DNA of 64,000 bases, taken from the NCBI RefSeq assembly GCF_006345805.1, contig NC_043012.1, forward strand, positions 19,468,001 through 19,532,000. Reading direction: 5' to 3'. The notes under the pieces were generated by a model. The model worked only from the letters and a program-made list of their open reading frames with translations, had not been told where the DNA came from and searched no databases. The DNA is from Octopus sinensis (Eukaryota). The translations under genes and the position numbers were made by a program. Positions 40,951 to 53,325 of this stretch are shown in pieces (position 1 is the stretch's first letter; every line of letters begins with the position of its first letter).

Positions 40951-42370
40951 ACTAAACTCTATTCTGATGCAAGTGTTGTAGGGTTACAATTAATTAGCTA
41001 CTATTATTGATATTTGAGGATCCTTGCTTAGCGTATCCAAGGAATATTACAAATACAGGTTAAGCACCAATAAAATAAGAAAAATGAAAAAAAATATTCC
41101 ATTTAAAGAAGCTAAATTTAGTCTAAGGGAAACTAACACCAGCTATAAATAAATAACCTGTTTGTTATAAAATCAAAACAGGTAAGAAATAATTAGTAGT
41201 ATGTGTAATAACAATTTATCTCTAATCAATGATTTACAGAAAATGAACTGTAAAGGAGTAAGATTACGAAATAAGTCCGAGTCATGATATTTATACTTAC
41301 GACAGAACTCGATTCTAAATTTGAGTTATGACATATTTCGTTACATTTCTCTAAAATATTCACATGTAAAATTTTAACTGAATGAACATTTATGACATTT
41401 ATGTTATAAATTTTAACTGAATGAACATTTATGGCATTTATGTTATTTCAATTTCAAAAGGCTCTGATAGATTAGATAATTTTTGTATTCATATATTGCA
41501 GTTCGTATATTTATTCAAATACCTATTCAATTTATATATTTATCTAAGCTGAATACTATGTTACAAAATATACTCAGTGTTTCCGCAATAAATTTACTAA
41601 CGAATAAATGCGACACCCATTTAAGAAACATATGCAAAAGTCTAATCTGATTTCCATGCGCATTGACGTCATGAGACATGAAAATTTACCCTATTAACAA
41701 ATGATTGCACACCAGAAGATCACACAGTTAGAAAATTAAACCTATTGTACCATGATATTAGTATGAATATGTTCAGCATTTCTAATACACGACAAAAGTT
41801 TTCGAAATGAACAAATAGGAAACGGTATAGGTAAATATTGAGAAGCCTATAGAACCGATTGGTGGAGTATTAGCAGTGACAATTAATTGTAATGATTGCC
41901 AAATCTTTGGCAGGATAATGCGGTGTATAAGACAATACAGAATTACACACACACTATCAGTAAAGAAATCTGTTTTAAACACTTCGAACGTCTGTCCAAA
42001 TCTTGTCAGAAAACATAGAGCTTTGAATAATATTTCATGATGCTTATGACTGTAGCATAGCCAGCCGTCAGAGACATGTCATTAGCGGTTTGCAATGAGC
42101 ACTATACTTCTGGTACTTCGGTGACTATATTGTCGCATGCAGGCATATACCCTTCCCATCATCATCCTCTTAGATCTAGCAGAATATTCAGAGTGTAACG
42201 TCTTGCATAAGTTATGAGAGTATATCTGAAGAAGCACGCTACCCATTACAGACGTGATCAAATACTTTCCCCAATCATAGAATATTCCACCAAGTCTATA
42301 AATTGAACCTACGAACGTATCAATTTACGTTAGATATACAAAAAAAATCTACGTGTATTAATTTGTATAA

Positions 42371-42752
42371 TCTCTCTATATATAAACGGCAGTTTGTCTG
42401 TGCGTGTTTCTGTGTGTCTGTTTGCTTGTACCCTCACCCTCACCACGGCTTTCAACCGATTCTGATGAAACTTGACACACACATAGCCCAATGTCATAAT
42501 TCAAAACTAACGCAGCGAAAATTTTGAAAAGTTCCCCCAGTTCTGAAAAAAATCGATAAATTCGACATGGGGTCGAGAATCAGAAACACAAACCAAAAAC
42601 TGTCTAGAGGACGCAACTCCAACTTTTTTAACTAAAAAAAAAAATTACCATCATTTTTTTCCATTTTTTTGCTATTTTTTGGCTATAACTCTCTAAAAAT
42701 GCTTTATAGTTATTTCCCTTAAAACCTGAGCAACGCCGGGCGATACTGCTAG
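42371..42752 (+). mobile_element. Non-autonomous Helitron
   Basis: 5' A|TC start, subterminal hairpin cctgagcaacgccggg, 3' CTAG|T end at 42749-42753. Confidence 0.8.
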
Positions 42753-43158
42753 TCTACAATATAAGGGAGGGAGCCATAACAATGCATAAGATTACTTAAG
42801 GTTATTTCCGAATTACACGCTATATACATGTACATCGATTATAGATATCTAAAATCGTTGACATAAATGTTGCTATTTTTTTCTATTCTTGAAATGTAAA
42901 TAAATATAATATTTGAAACAGTATAGTTAGCAACATATTGGTGAAGTACCAAAAGGCGTTATATCAACGCAAGTAAAAGTATGTTACATGAAATCAGGGG
43001 ATGCACGAATGATAGGGTTAATGATATCAATGAACACGTATTACTTCCAGTAGCATTTCGGAGCGTACAGATTTAGCAGTCAAAACAATTAAGATAAGAT
43101 AGCAAATGATCTGTTATTCATTTTCAAATTGTGCAGCCACGAATTATATTTTCCTTCA

Positions 43159-43213
<55 letters not shown>

Positions 43214-43552
43214 TATATTTGGAGAAAGAAAAGTACACAGATTCTATGTAAAATAAAATGGAATTTGTAAATGAAAGAAATGTTTTTTTTATGCACAGCT
43301 GAAACGATGGAGAACTTTGACGCCACATATTCAATTCTGATAGGAGATTACTTCGGCTTCCAAACAGACTTTATAAGATACAAATATGTGATAATATATG
43401 AAAATAGAAGGTACTTGTTGCTTTATGTCTTTAAAAGTGCTGTTTCTATTTTGATGGGGACAGTCAACTATCGAGGGCGTGTATTTTATCCACGGTGATG
43501 TACATCATCTGTCTCATTCTCCCTCACTCATCTCTCTATCTCTGTCTCTCTG

Positions 43553-43585
<33 letters not shown>

Positions 43586-43612
43586 GCATATATATATATA
43601 TGTATATATATA

Positions 43613-43840
43613 AAGGCGGCGAGCTTGTAGAAACGTTAGCACGCCGGGCGAAATTCGTAGTCGTATTTCGTCTGTCGTTACGTTCCGAGTTCAAATTCCG
43701 CCGAGGTCGACTTTGCCTTTCATCCTTTCGGGGTCGATAAATTAAGTACCAGTTACGCACTGGGGTCGACGTAGTCGACTTAATCCCTTTGTCTGTCCTT
43801 GTTTGTCCCCTCTGTGTTTAGCCCCTTGTGGGTAGTAAAG
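43613..43840 (+). mobile_element. tRNA-derived SINE family B, full length
   Basis: B-box-like gagttcaaattcc, body gaggtcgactttgcctttcatcctttcggggtcgataaattaagtaccag. Confidence 0.85.
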
Positions 43841-43842
43841 AA

Positions 43843-43873
<31 letters not shown>

Positions 43874-44464
43874 CATGTGTATATGTATGCATATATCTAT
43901 GTCTGTAAATGTAGTGTGATTGGGTCTAAATCGACAGTTTACATACAATGACGATGAAACACCATCCGATCTACAAATAAATATACGTTCAAAAATCAAA
44001 AACGAGGAGTGGCTGTGCGAATTATTGAATCCAGTGTAGCAGAGCTACAAGGTAAGACGTTTGTTTTTTGGCGTTTATTTTTTTCGAGCAACAGATCTCT
44101 ACTGAATTTCACCATGAAGACAGAAATTTGGAGCTGTCTTGATGCGATGAATTTGGAGATATCGTAATAAAAATTGATGGGATACGCAAATATAATCTGA
44201 TATCCATGTTTATCTTCTGTTCCATCGATTTCCCTTTGGAAACTCACTGAATTACACGCAATAGGAGAAATTTCCTTTGAATTTTCCTGCAAGATATGAT
44301 CTTTCAGTCGTAGTCATCCACTCTTTATTCTCCTTTTCAGTACTGGGAAGGTTTTTTCTGTCACTGAGAGAAAAGTACATTTCTATATTCGTAGTTACTT
44401 GTTTTATATATATGGGCGTACGCGCATGGGAGTGTTTTATTTTTGTGTGTGAGTTTGTCGGTTG

Positions 44465-44615
44465 TATAGCCCCCAGTGCTCAACTGGTAATTATTTCATC
44501 GATCCCGATATGATGAAAGGCAAAGTCGACCTCGGCAGAATTTGATCTCAGAACGTAACGGCAGACGAAATACCGTTAAACATTTCTCTTGCTTTACTAA
44601 CGATTCTTCCAGCTC
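44465..44615 (-). mobile_element. SINE family B, partial
   Basis: Reverse-complement match to 43613-43770. Confidence 0.75.
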
Positions 44616-45308
44616 ACCGCTTCTATATTGTGATTAACATCATGGGTTTATAGCTTCTACTTTATTAATGAAGACAACACTAAAACAGAATCATTTTGAT
44701 AAAGAATTTTCTATAGATTATATATGACAGACTATTTATAGTTTAGATATTGACATACTAACCGGGAGTGGTGTAACGACAAGGAATTAGAAAAGTACGA
44801 TATATACGAGAGAATTGTTGAATGGTCGTAGTTTTCGATAAAAGAAAATAGGGGAGGGTCATTTAATTATGATTGTATGTCAGATATTCTTCTCTCACAT
44901 TCACACACATATTACAGTGTTCCATCGGTTTGTTTCTAAGCCCTGTAAACGAATTCAGAATTTTAGGCCTCAAGCCAGGTCTTGCGCCGTCGTATAGATT
45001 TTGTTTATTCCAGTATTTATGTTCTGAAATTTCAATATTAAGGACATGGTTAAAAGATGAATCACTTATATCTTAAAAAGAAATTTAAAGATTCTAGGTG
45101 TCAACCAGGAAATATCAATTCCAATGTGTTTAGAGAATTACTATTCCTGAATTCTAACCATTCTAGTAAGATATTCTATGCGATTCCATTTGCCCTCCAG
45201 CACAATTTTCTCTTTCAGAAATCAGCATATTCACTATTATTTTGTTAATCCCATTCGCAGCTCAACACCACTTCCATCGTATATCCATCGAAATGTAAGT
45301 TGTGTGTG

Positions 45309-45348
<40 letters not shown>

Positions 45349-45371
45349 AGAGACAGTGTATGTAAAGGCAC

Positions 45372-45407
<36 letters not shown>

Positions 45408-45412
<5 letters not shown>

Positions 45413-46095
45413 TTAATATTTCTAAGTCTCTCTAAAGGTGACTACAGCAGCAGTACTGGATATTAATAGTTATCGCCAAGCTAACATGGCAGTCCAGAAA
45501 AATACGACGAATGCTGCCGTTGATTAGCTCCAAGTGGCCATCGCGTCTAGCTAGCTATGTGACACATGAACCTGTGTCCATTATAACCTTCGAACAGGGG
45601 AGATCAGTCACTTCTCCTTGCGTGTGTGTCATCTGCAGAGTAATTTCAGGGTATTTGTCCCTTATCAATGTAGAGCAGCCGAACCATGTACGCGTCGCTA
45701 CTGCCCGTCTGTTCGAAGGATTATTTACCTAAATTCAGTGTAAAATATCCAAGGGTTTTCAAAAGTAGAAATATTAATATTTCTAAGTCACTCTAAAGGC
45801 GACTACGGCAGTGGTACTATGTATTAGTTATCGCCAAGCTAACATTGCAGTCCAGAAAAATAGGACGAATGCTGCCGTTGATTAGCTCCAAGAAGCCATC
45901 ACGTCTAGTTAGCTATGTGACACATGAACCTGTGTTCATTATAACCTTCGAACAGGGGAGGACAGCCGCTTCCCCTTGATGGTCTGGTCAGTGTGTCACA
46001 TAGCTAGCCAGAGGAGATGGCCTGTTGGAGCTAATCAACGGCCGTATTTTTCTTATTTTTCTGGACTGCCATATTAACTTGGTGATAACTATTAA
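45408..46095. mobile_element. Two tandem diverged copies of the same MITE family (45408-45735, 45768-46095)
   Basis: Share the ctctaaag..gactac.gcag head, gattagctcca, agctatgtgacac and aaccttcgaacag with 22205-22644. Confidence 0.7.
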
Positions 46096-46215
46096 TATAT
46101 ATATATATATACAGCCCTCCATCTCCATCTGTGTCAAGCGGCTTCACTCTGATTGCTGTAGCCTCGTTACTATAGCAACTCCCCAGATACTTTTAGATCA
46201 CACTATATGTGCATA

Positions 46216-46315
<100 letters not shown>

Positions 46316-46364
46316 ACGGGTTTCTTTCAATTATGTCCACCAAATCGATCCGATGCTATGTATA

Positions 46365-46790
46365 TCAGGTGATCCCATAAGTTCTGTCAGATTTTACCTC
46401 TTTTAAAATGAATGAAATTGAATAGTGTTTTAGAATGTCTAATGGAATTGAAATATTTTTTAGGCTTCTTGTGTATTTTTAAACTAATTAAATATTATTT
46501 TACAGAATAATAGAATTAAAATTTCTTTGATTAAAACCCTTTCTAACATGGAAGTATCCAGAGACCATTTAAAGCACATAATGCTTTATGAGTACAAAAA
46601 GGGAAAGTCTGCTGCTGAGCCGAGTCGAAACATACACTCAGTTTATGGGAAAGAATGCTTGAATGAAAGAACTTATAGAAGATTGTTTGCAAAATTCAAA
46701 AGTGTTTTCAGCCTTGGAGATGAAAATCGAACAGGACGTGCAGTTGTGTTTGATGATAAGCTACTTGAGGCATTACTTGAAGAAAAGCTT
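46365..46790 (+). mobile_element. Mariner 5' fragment (TIR + HTH DNA-binding domain)
   Basis: TA|tcaggtgatcccataagttctgtc TIR-like start. MEVSRDHLKHIMLYEYKKGKSAAE..RNIHSVYG..LGDENRTGRAVVFDD. Confidence 0.8.
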
Positions 46791-47357
46791 TTTGAAATGA
46801 AAATAACTTTACCGTTGATGCTGTTTTAAAATGTCGCAATGATCTTTTCATTGCTAAGCCGCATTCTGAAGTAATAGTCGTCCTTAGAACGAAGCCCCCA
46901 GCTCAAGTCATGATACTGGGAGTCGTGGCGTCTGACGGAAAAAAGATGCCTCTCCATTTTTTCAATTCTGGGGGGAAAAGGTGGGGGCTGTCGTTTATTA
47001 TAAAGACCTATGGTATAAGCTTTGCCTCGGCTGAAGTCTAACTGACCCAACAGTATTTATGAGTGGACCCAAGATGATATTCCTGCTCATACGGGGAAGT
47101 TTGTGCAAGAATTCTGCCAAGATAACTTCGCTGACATTCGGCCTGCTAAATTCCAGCTTTCTTACAGCTCAGTCTAGAACTACCTGGACTATACCATATG
47201 GGGCGTATTGGAGCACTCTACCATCGGAACTTTGCATCCAGATCTTGATCATTTTAAGAAGATCCTGAGGGAAAAGTGGGACAACATATCTGAGTACTTC
47301 ATCATGAAGAGTTATGACACATTCAGGCGGCGTGAGAAGGCTGTGGTAGACGAATAA
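46791..47357 (+). mobile_element. maT-type (DD37D) transposase catalytic-domain remnant
   Basis: NENNFTVDAV..RND, RTKPPAQVMILGVVASDGKKMP, WTQD..PAHT. The second D (47073) and third D (47187, LDYTIWG) are separated by 37 codons. Confidence 0.8.
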
Positions 47358-47370
47358 AAGGAAATATATC

Positions 47371-47760
47371 CTTTTATTCCTTTATTTCTTTCAGATATTT
47401 GACTGCGGCCATGCTGGAGCACCATTTTAATAGAATACATCGACCCCAGTTCTTATTGTTTGTAAGCCAAGTACTTATTCTATCGGCGCATTTTGCCAAA
47501 CCGCTAACTTGCAGGGGACGTAAACACACCAACGACGATTTTCAAGCGATGGTGGGGAAACAATCACAGATAGACACACACACACACTGATATATGCGAC
47601 GGGCTCCTTTCAGTTTCCGTCTGCTAAATCCACCCACAAGGCTTTGGTCGGCCCGTGGCTATTGTAGAAGACACTAGCTCAAGATTCCACGCAGTGGGAC
47701 TGAACCCGGAGCCATGTGGTTGGTAAGCATGCTTCTTACAACATAACCACTCTTGCACCT
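47371..47760 (-). mobile_element. tRNA-derived SINE family A, diverged
   Basis: Same layout as 20725-21134. Lies just after the maT transposase end. Confidence 0.85.
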
Positions 47761-50109
47761 CTATATCTATATCTATCTATCTATCTATTTATCTCTCTCT
47801 ATCTCTCTCTCTGTATATATATATATTTATGTATGTATGTATGCATGTATGTATATATGTATGTAAGTATATATGTATGTTTTTGTATATGTGTGCGTGT
47901 ATGTGTGCTTATATGATTATATATGTATGCGTGTGTGTGTAACTGTGTATCATGATCATGATCATGATCATTATTATTACTATTATTATAATTCGTTTAA
48001 CTCAACTGTTCCTGGAATCCATACCTTTATTTTTCTCCCCTTTCTCCTTCTCATTCTCCTTCTCTCCCTTTCTTACTTCCTTTCTAAATACATATATTGA
48101 AAAATTTCCATGAATTCCTTCATAATTTGAAATGTCTTCACTGAGGACCATTTAGGTAATCAAATCGATGCATTTCATATAGTATATCAGGCAAAGCTGA
48201 AGCGCACGTACATACATACACACATACATACATACACGAAAGATGGCTACGATGAACTATATGTAGTTACACTATACATATTAAAAGATTATTAAAGGTG
48301 TGTGATATTTAACATACTGCCTATATACCAATCTGGAGAAATTAAGCATCTCAAGCTAGAAAGGAGGAAGCCAATTCGAAGGCGAAGAATACAGATCCTA
48401 TCCATCACTGGAACTGTAAAATCTATAAAACTTTTCAGACTTTTATCGTTTAAGTATATATGAGAATGTCTAGAAATGCAGGTATATGCATGACAAGACA
48501 TACATGAAACAAAACATACAAATCTGCACACATACATTTATACATACATACATAGAAAATTACTCTGTTGTTGAAGATGAAATTCCAATGAAATAGCCTT
48601 GGATCGAGGTTAGAAGCCCGCTCTTTCTCAATTGACGAGAAATCATGAAATAAAATTGAATAATAACATACATGTATACATATATAAATACGTACGTACA
48701 CACACAAACGTAGACACAGACATAGACACACTCACACACACACACACATATATATGTAATCAAATGAATATACGATGGATAATTGTCAGCTCATTACAGC
48801 TGTTTCTTACGTAAATTTTTAATAAAAGAATGAGAACATTACTCCATTACAAAAGAGCGTAATCATGAGATGAGAAGTAATTTTACAAGCAAAAGAATAA
48901 CCGAATAATACAGTAGGAAAGTGGCTGAAGTATGTCGATGCCAACTATAAAATGGGAGAATGACCAATAAAGTTTTCCGTTGAGGTTAAGAACACAGTTC
49001 TTGAAAGTGTGTGTAATATGATATATAAAGTCAGCGAATGGGATTAGAAGGAGTCTGCTAGACTAGATCATAGGTGGACTGGAGTGGCGTGTAAGGGATA
49101 ATTTATTGACGTAGGCTCAGAGGATAGGTAGGTAAGGGGAAATCATAAATTAAATTAAGGAGAAAAGAAGAAAAGAAATAATTAATAAATCAAAAGTAAT
49201 GTTGAAAGAAAATAGAAACCATACAAACTAATTCGGCATAGGGTCGGGGTATAGGAATCTGTAGCTAATGCCAAATGACCAGAGGAGGGAGACAGAGATA
49301 CACAGAATATAGGGGTATTCAGTGGATATTGGTTCAGAAGTTGGGGGAGGGTATGACGGTATTTAGCATTAGCTGAATCAATATAAAGGTAATGTTTTTT
49401 TTTAATGGGCTGTAAAAATTAGAATACCTTCCATTTGTTAACCAACATCCGTTAGCGCATTGACAAATACAACAAATAAGGAATTAACCCTTGCATTTTC
49501 GTTTCAATTTTATTAATCTCATTCAACCCAATGTTTAATATGTTTTTTGTTGGAGCGCTAATTATATTTATCGGTTTACGTAATTATTTTTTTAGGCATG
49601 TCTATTTATATTGTGTAAACGAAGCTTCGAAACATTTATTATTGCAATGTTTTTCATTACATTTTGACATTAATGACTGTCCGTTAAGATAAATATCATC
49701 GATTCAATTGAATTTTGGCATAATGCCTAAAACATTGCTATTTTGTTTTGCTACTTATTAAAATACATGATTTCTGCAACTCACAAACACTATCACCTGT
49801 CTATGCTTGTCGTACATACAGAAAGACATACAAATATACGCTAGCATTTAACTATGCCTAATAAACGCACCCATAAACAGCGACACATTATTTTCATAAG
49901 CATGCTTGCCATAAATGGAAAACTGAAGAGTGAAAGGAACCAGATTAATAAAAACTATAATAGTTTGACAGATTGGATACCATGCACGTATATATTATAT
50001 AGACTAACAATTCTTCATTGATTTGGGTAAAAGTAAAATTCAGATCGCTTATATAAAGCAAATAGTTTCTATTATACTTCCTAACTCTCTCACTCTCTCT
50101 TATTATACC

Positions 50110-50453
<344 letters not shown>

Positions 50454-50586
50454 TCGTATTAATTCCCCTGAGGTAAAAGCCTCATGAACTGTAACGATGA
50501 AATATATACTAAAGAAGATCCGTATGCGAATAACATGTATAATGCAGCTATGCATATGTATATACGTATATATGTATGTGTGTATG

Positions 50587-50623
<37 letters not shown>

Positions 50624-51378
50624 ATGTGTGTGCGTGTATGTGTATATGTGAGTGTGTGTGAGTCTGTCTACGTGCGTGTGTGTCAGGGTTTATGTATGCG
50701 TATCTATCTATCCCTATATATATACATACATACACACACATACACACACTTACACACGCACACACACCCACCCACATACACACACATACATATATATATA
50801 TACATATATATATCTGTGTTTACACCTCTCTCTGTCGGTATGAATATGAATGAACTTAAGACTACTCGGCTAAGTATTAATCTTCTTTTCACCTTCTACT
50901 TTCATTTTCCTCTAAGCACTTATGACAGCGAAAGCTGATGTCATTTTGTCTAAAGTGGAACGCAAGATATCCTCGTTCATATGCGAATTTTTTTGCATTT
51001 CTGCAATATTATTTGCTTTTATTCATTCCCTCAATTGATGGTATATAACCACAAGCCAGCTGAAACTAAAAATTATTAGAGAGACATATCTTTATCGATG
51101 TACCTCATGAGACTTAGACTGATGTTGCACCCAAATAAAATTTTAATACTTAATCCATTTTCTGTTAATTAATATTCTTAACCTGACTGCCACAGCGGAG
51201 ATCCTGAAGAAGACCAAACGGAAGTGTATCACAGCGGCGAATGGCATCAAGTAGCCTAAACTATGCCGGTACTCTACTCAACGTTTTAACACACTACTCG
51301 ACTTATATTATATTTGTGGGTGTCTGTTTGTGTGCGTGTGTGTGTATGTATATCTATCTATCTTTCTATCTATCTATC

Positions 51379-51414
<36 letters not shown>

Positions 51415-51566
51415 ATATATATATAGACCGGAGTAAACACATAAATGTGAAACAAGGTGGAAAAAAGAGTACTCAAATACCAGTGGTAGAGTAATATGCT
51501 TTATTTTAAGCAGCAGATTTTGTTGAATTTTCTGCTGCTTAAAATAAAGTATATATGTATATATAT

Positions 51567-51621
<55 letters not shown>

Positions 51622-51624
51622 TTC

Positions 51625-51832
51625 TTTATTGCCCACAAGGAGCTAAACATAGAGGGGACAAACAAGGACATTCAAAGAGATTAAGTCGATTACACCGGCC
51701 CCAGTGCGAAACTGGTACTTTATTTATCGACCCCGAGAGGATGGAAGGCAAAGTCGACCCCGGCGGAATTTGAACTCAGAACGTAACGACAGACGAAATA
51801 CCGCTAAGCATTTCGTCCGGCGCGCTAACGTT
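51625..51832 (-). mobile_element. SINE family B
   Basis: Reverse-complement match to 43613-43840. Confidence 0.85.
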
Positions 51833-51833
51833 T

Positions 51834-51904
<71 letters not shown>

Positions 51905-51973
51905 ATATATATATATATATACATACATGGGTGAGAGATTTGATGTGTGAAAGCAGGTGGCTGGATGTTTAAA

Positions 51974-52338
51974 AGAAAAAATAGAATGGAAAAACTACAC
52001 AAGACATGTGTTATATGGTAAAAGAATATATTTAAATCGTCATGTTAGAAACATGTTATAAAATTTTGCATGTAGTGACATTATTTTTCAAGAAATAACC
52101 AGTTTCGTATTTTCTTTTCAAATTTCTCAAATTTCTTTACTGATATTGTGTCATATCTTTGTTATGAATGATACAATAAAGAAAATTGAGACATTTGAAA
52201 AGAAAATACGGAACCGGTTATTTCTTCAAAGACAATGTCACTACACATACAATTTTATAAAATTTTTCTAACATGACGATTTAAATATATTATTTACCAT
52301 ATAACATGTCTTCTGTATTTTTCCACTCTATTTTTTCT
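51974..52338. mobile_element. Foldback element with long imperfect inverted arms
   Basis: agaaaaaatagaatggaaaaa...atatttaaatcgtcatgttagaaa mirrored by tttctaacatgacgatttaaatat...tttttccactctattttttct. Confidence 0.75.
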
Positions 52339-52339
52339 G

Positions 52340-52379
<40 letters not shown>

Positions 52380-52472
52380 ATGTGTGTGTGTGTGTATGTG
52401 TGTGGGTGTGTGTTTGTATATGTGTGTGTTTGTGTGTGTGTGTGTGTGTGTGCTTTACGGTAGCGTACCAAG

Positions 52473-53184
52473 ATGATGGATAGAATAACACTGGATGCTT
52501 CGCTAAAGGACATACCTATACCCACTAGGAAAGATTATATACGGGATCTCTTGGAGAAAATGAACCAATTTGTCCATAGAATGCGGTGGAAAGCTTTCTT
52601 TTTCGATAAGGAGCGAATACCTAACGACAAACCTGAACATGGTGACCTACTAAAAAATAATTCAAATCTAGAATGAACCCACCGACAAAACAACATCTAA
52701 CAAGATGTGAAGAAGAAATATATACTATAGTGAATAACGTGAAGTTCAGGAAGTACCCAAGACGGTGTGATATACATCAGCAGAAAATCAGAAAATTAAT
52801 TTTCGACTTCAAGAAAGCTCCGGAGATTCTTGTACCAGCGGACAAAACAAGTGATGTTTACATTGTTGATATTGATCTATTTAAATCTACTATTAGGAAG
52901 GAATTACGCAGCAAATATAGATGCTAGTAATGACGTATTAAAGATAATCAACAACACAGGGCTACAAATCGTCAAAGGTCTAGCCATTGATGATAGAACA
53001 GAACCCTACGTCCCCCTAGAACCCCGAACTTTGCTTAAGAACCATACACCTAACTTTCCTATCGACCCCTCTGTTAGATTGATTTGTCCTTCTAAATCCG
53101 ATATAGGCATTATAAGTAAAAGTATTAGTGACAGAGTAACCCCCGTCCTTAAGTCTAAAATTAGATTAGCCCTCTGGCTAATCT
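52473..53184 (+). pseudogene. N-terminal fragment of a second Hydra-group-like PLE
   Basis: SLKDIPIPTRKDY..RMRWKAFFF, VPADKTSDVY, DDRTEPYVPLEPR..PSVRLICPSKSDIG. The last part aligns with 4933-5100. Confidence 0.85.
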
Positions 53185-53242
53185 AATTCTTTTATTTTCG
53201 ACATATGTTGTCTTCGAAACATATGTCGAAAATAAAAGAATT
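53185..53242. repeat. Perfect 25-bp-stem hairpin at the PLE truncation point
   Basis: aattcttttattttcgacatatgtt - gtcttcga - aacatatgtcgaaaataaaagaatt. Confidence 0.9.
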
Positions 53243-53294
53243 TTATTAACATCTTCGTTCAACTCCTTTTCTTTATTTCTTTAAACATTCATAT

Positions 53295-53325
<31 letters not shown>

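Noticed and set aside
41369-41446. 39-bp tandem duplication
   Set aside because: Ordinary local slippage.
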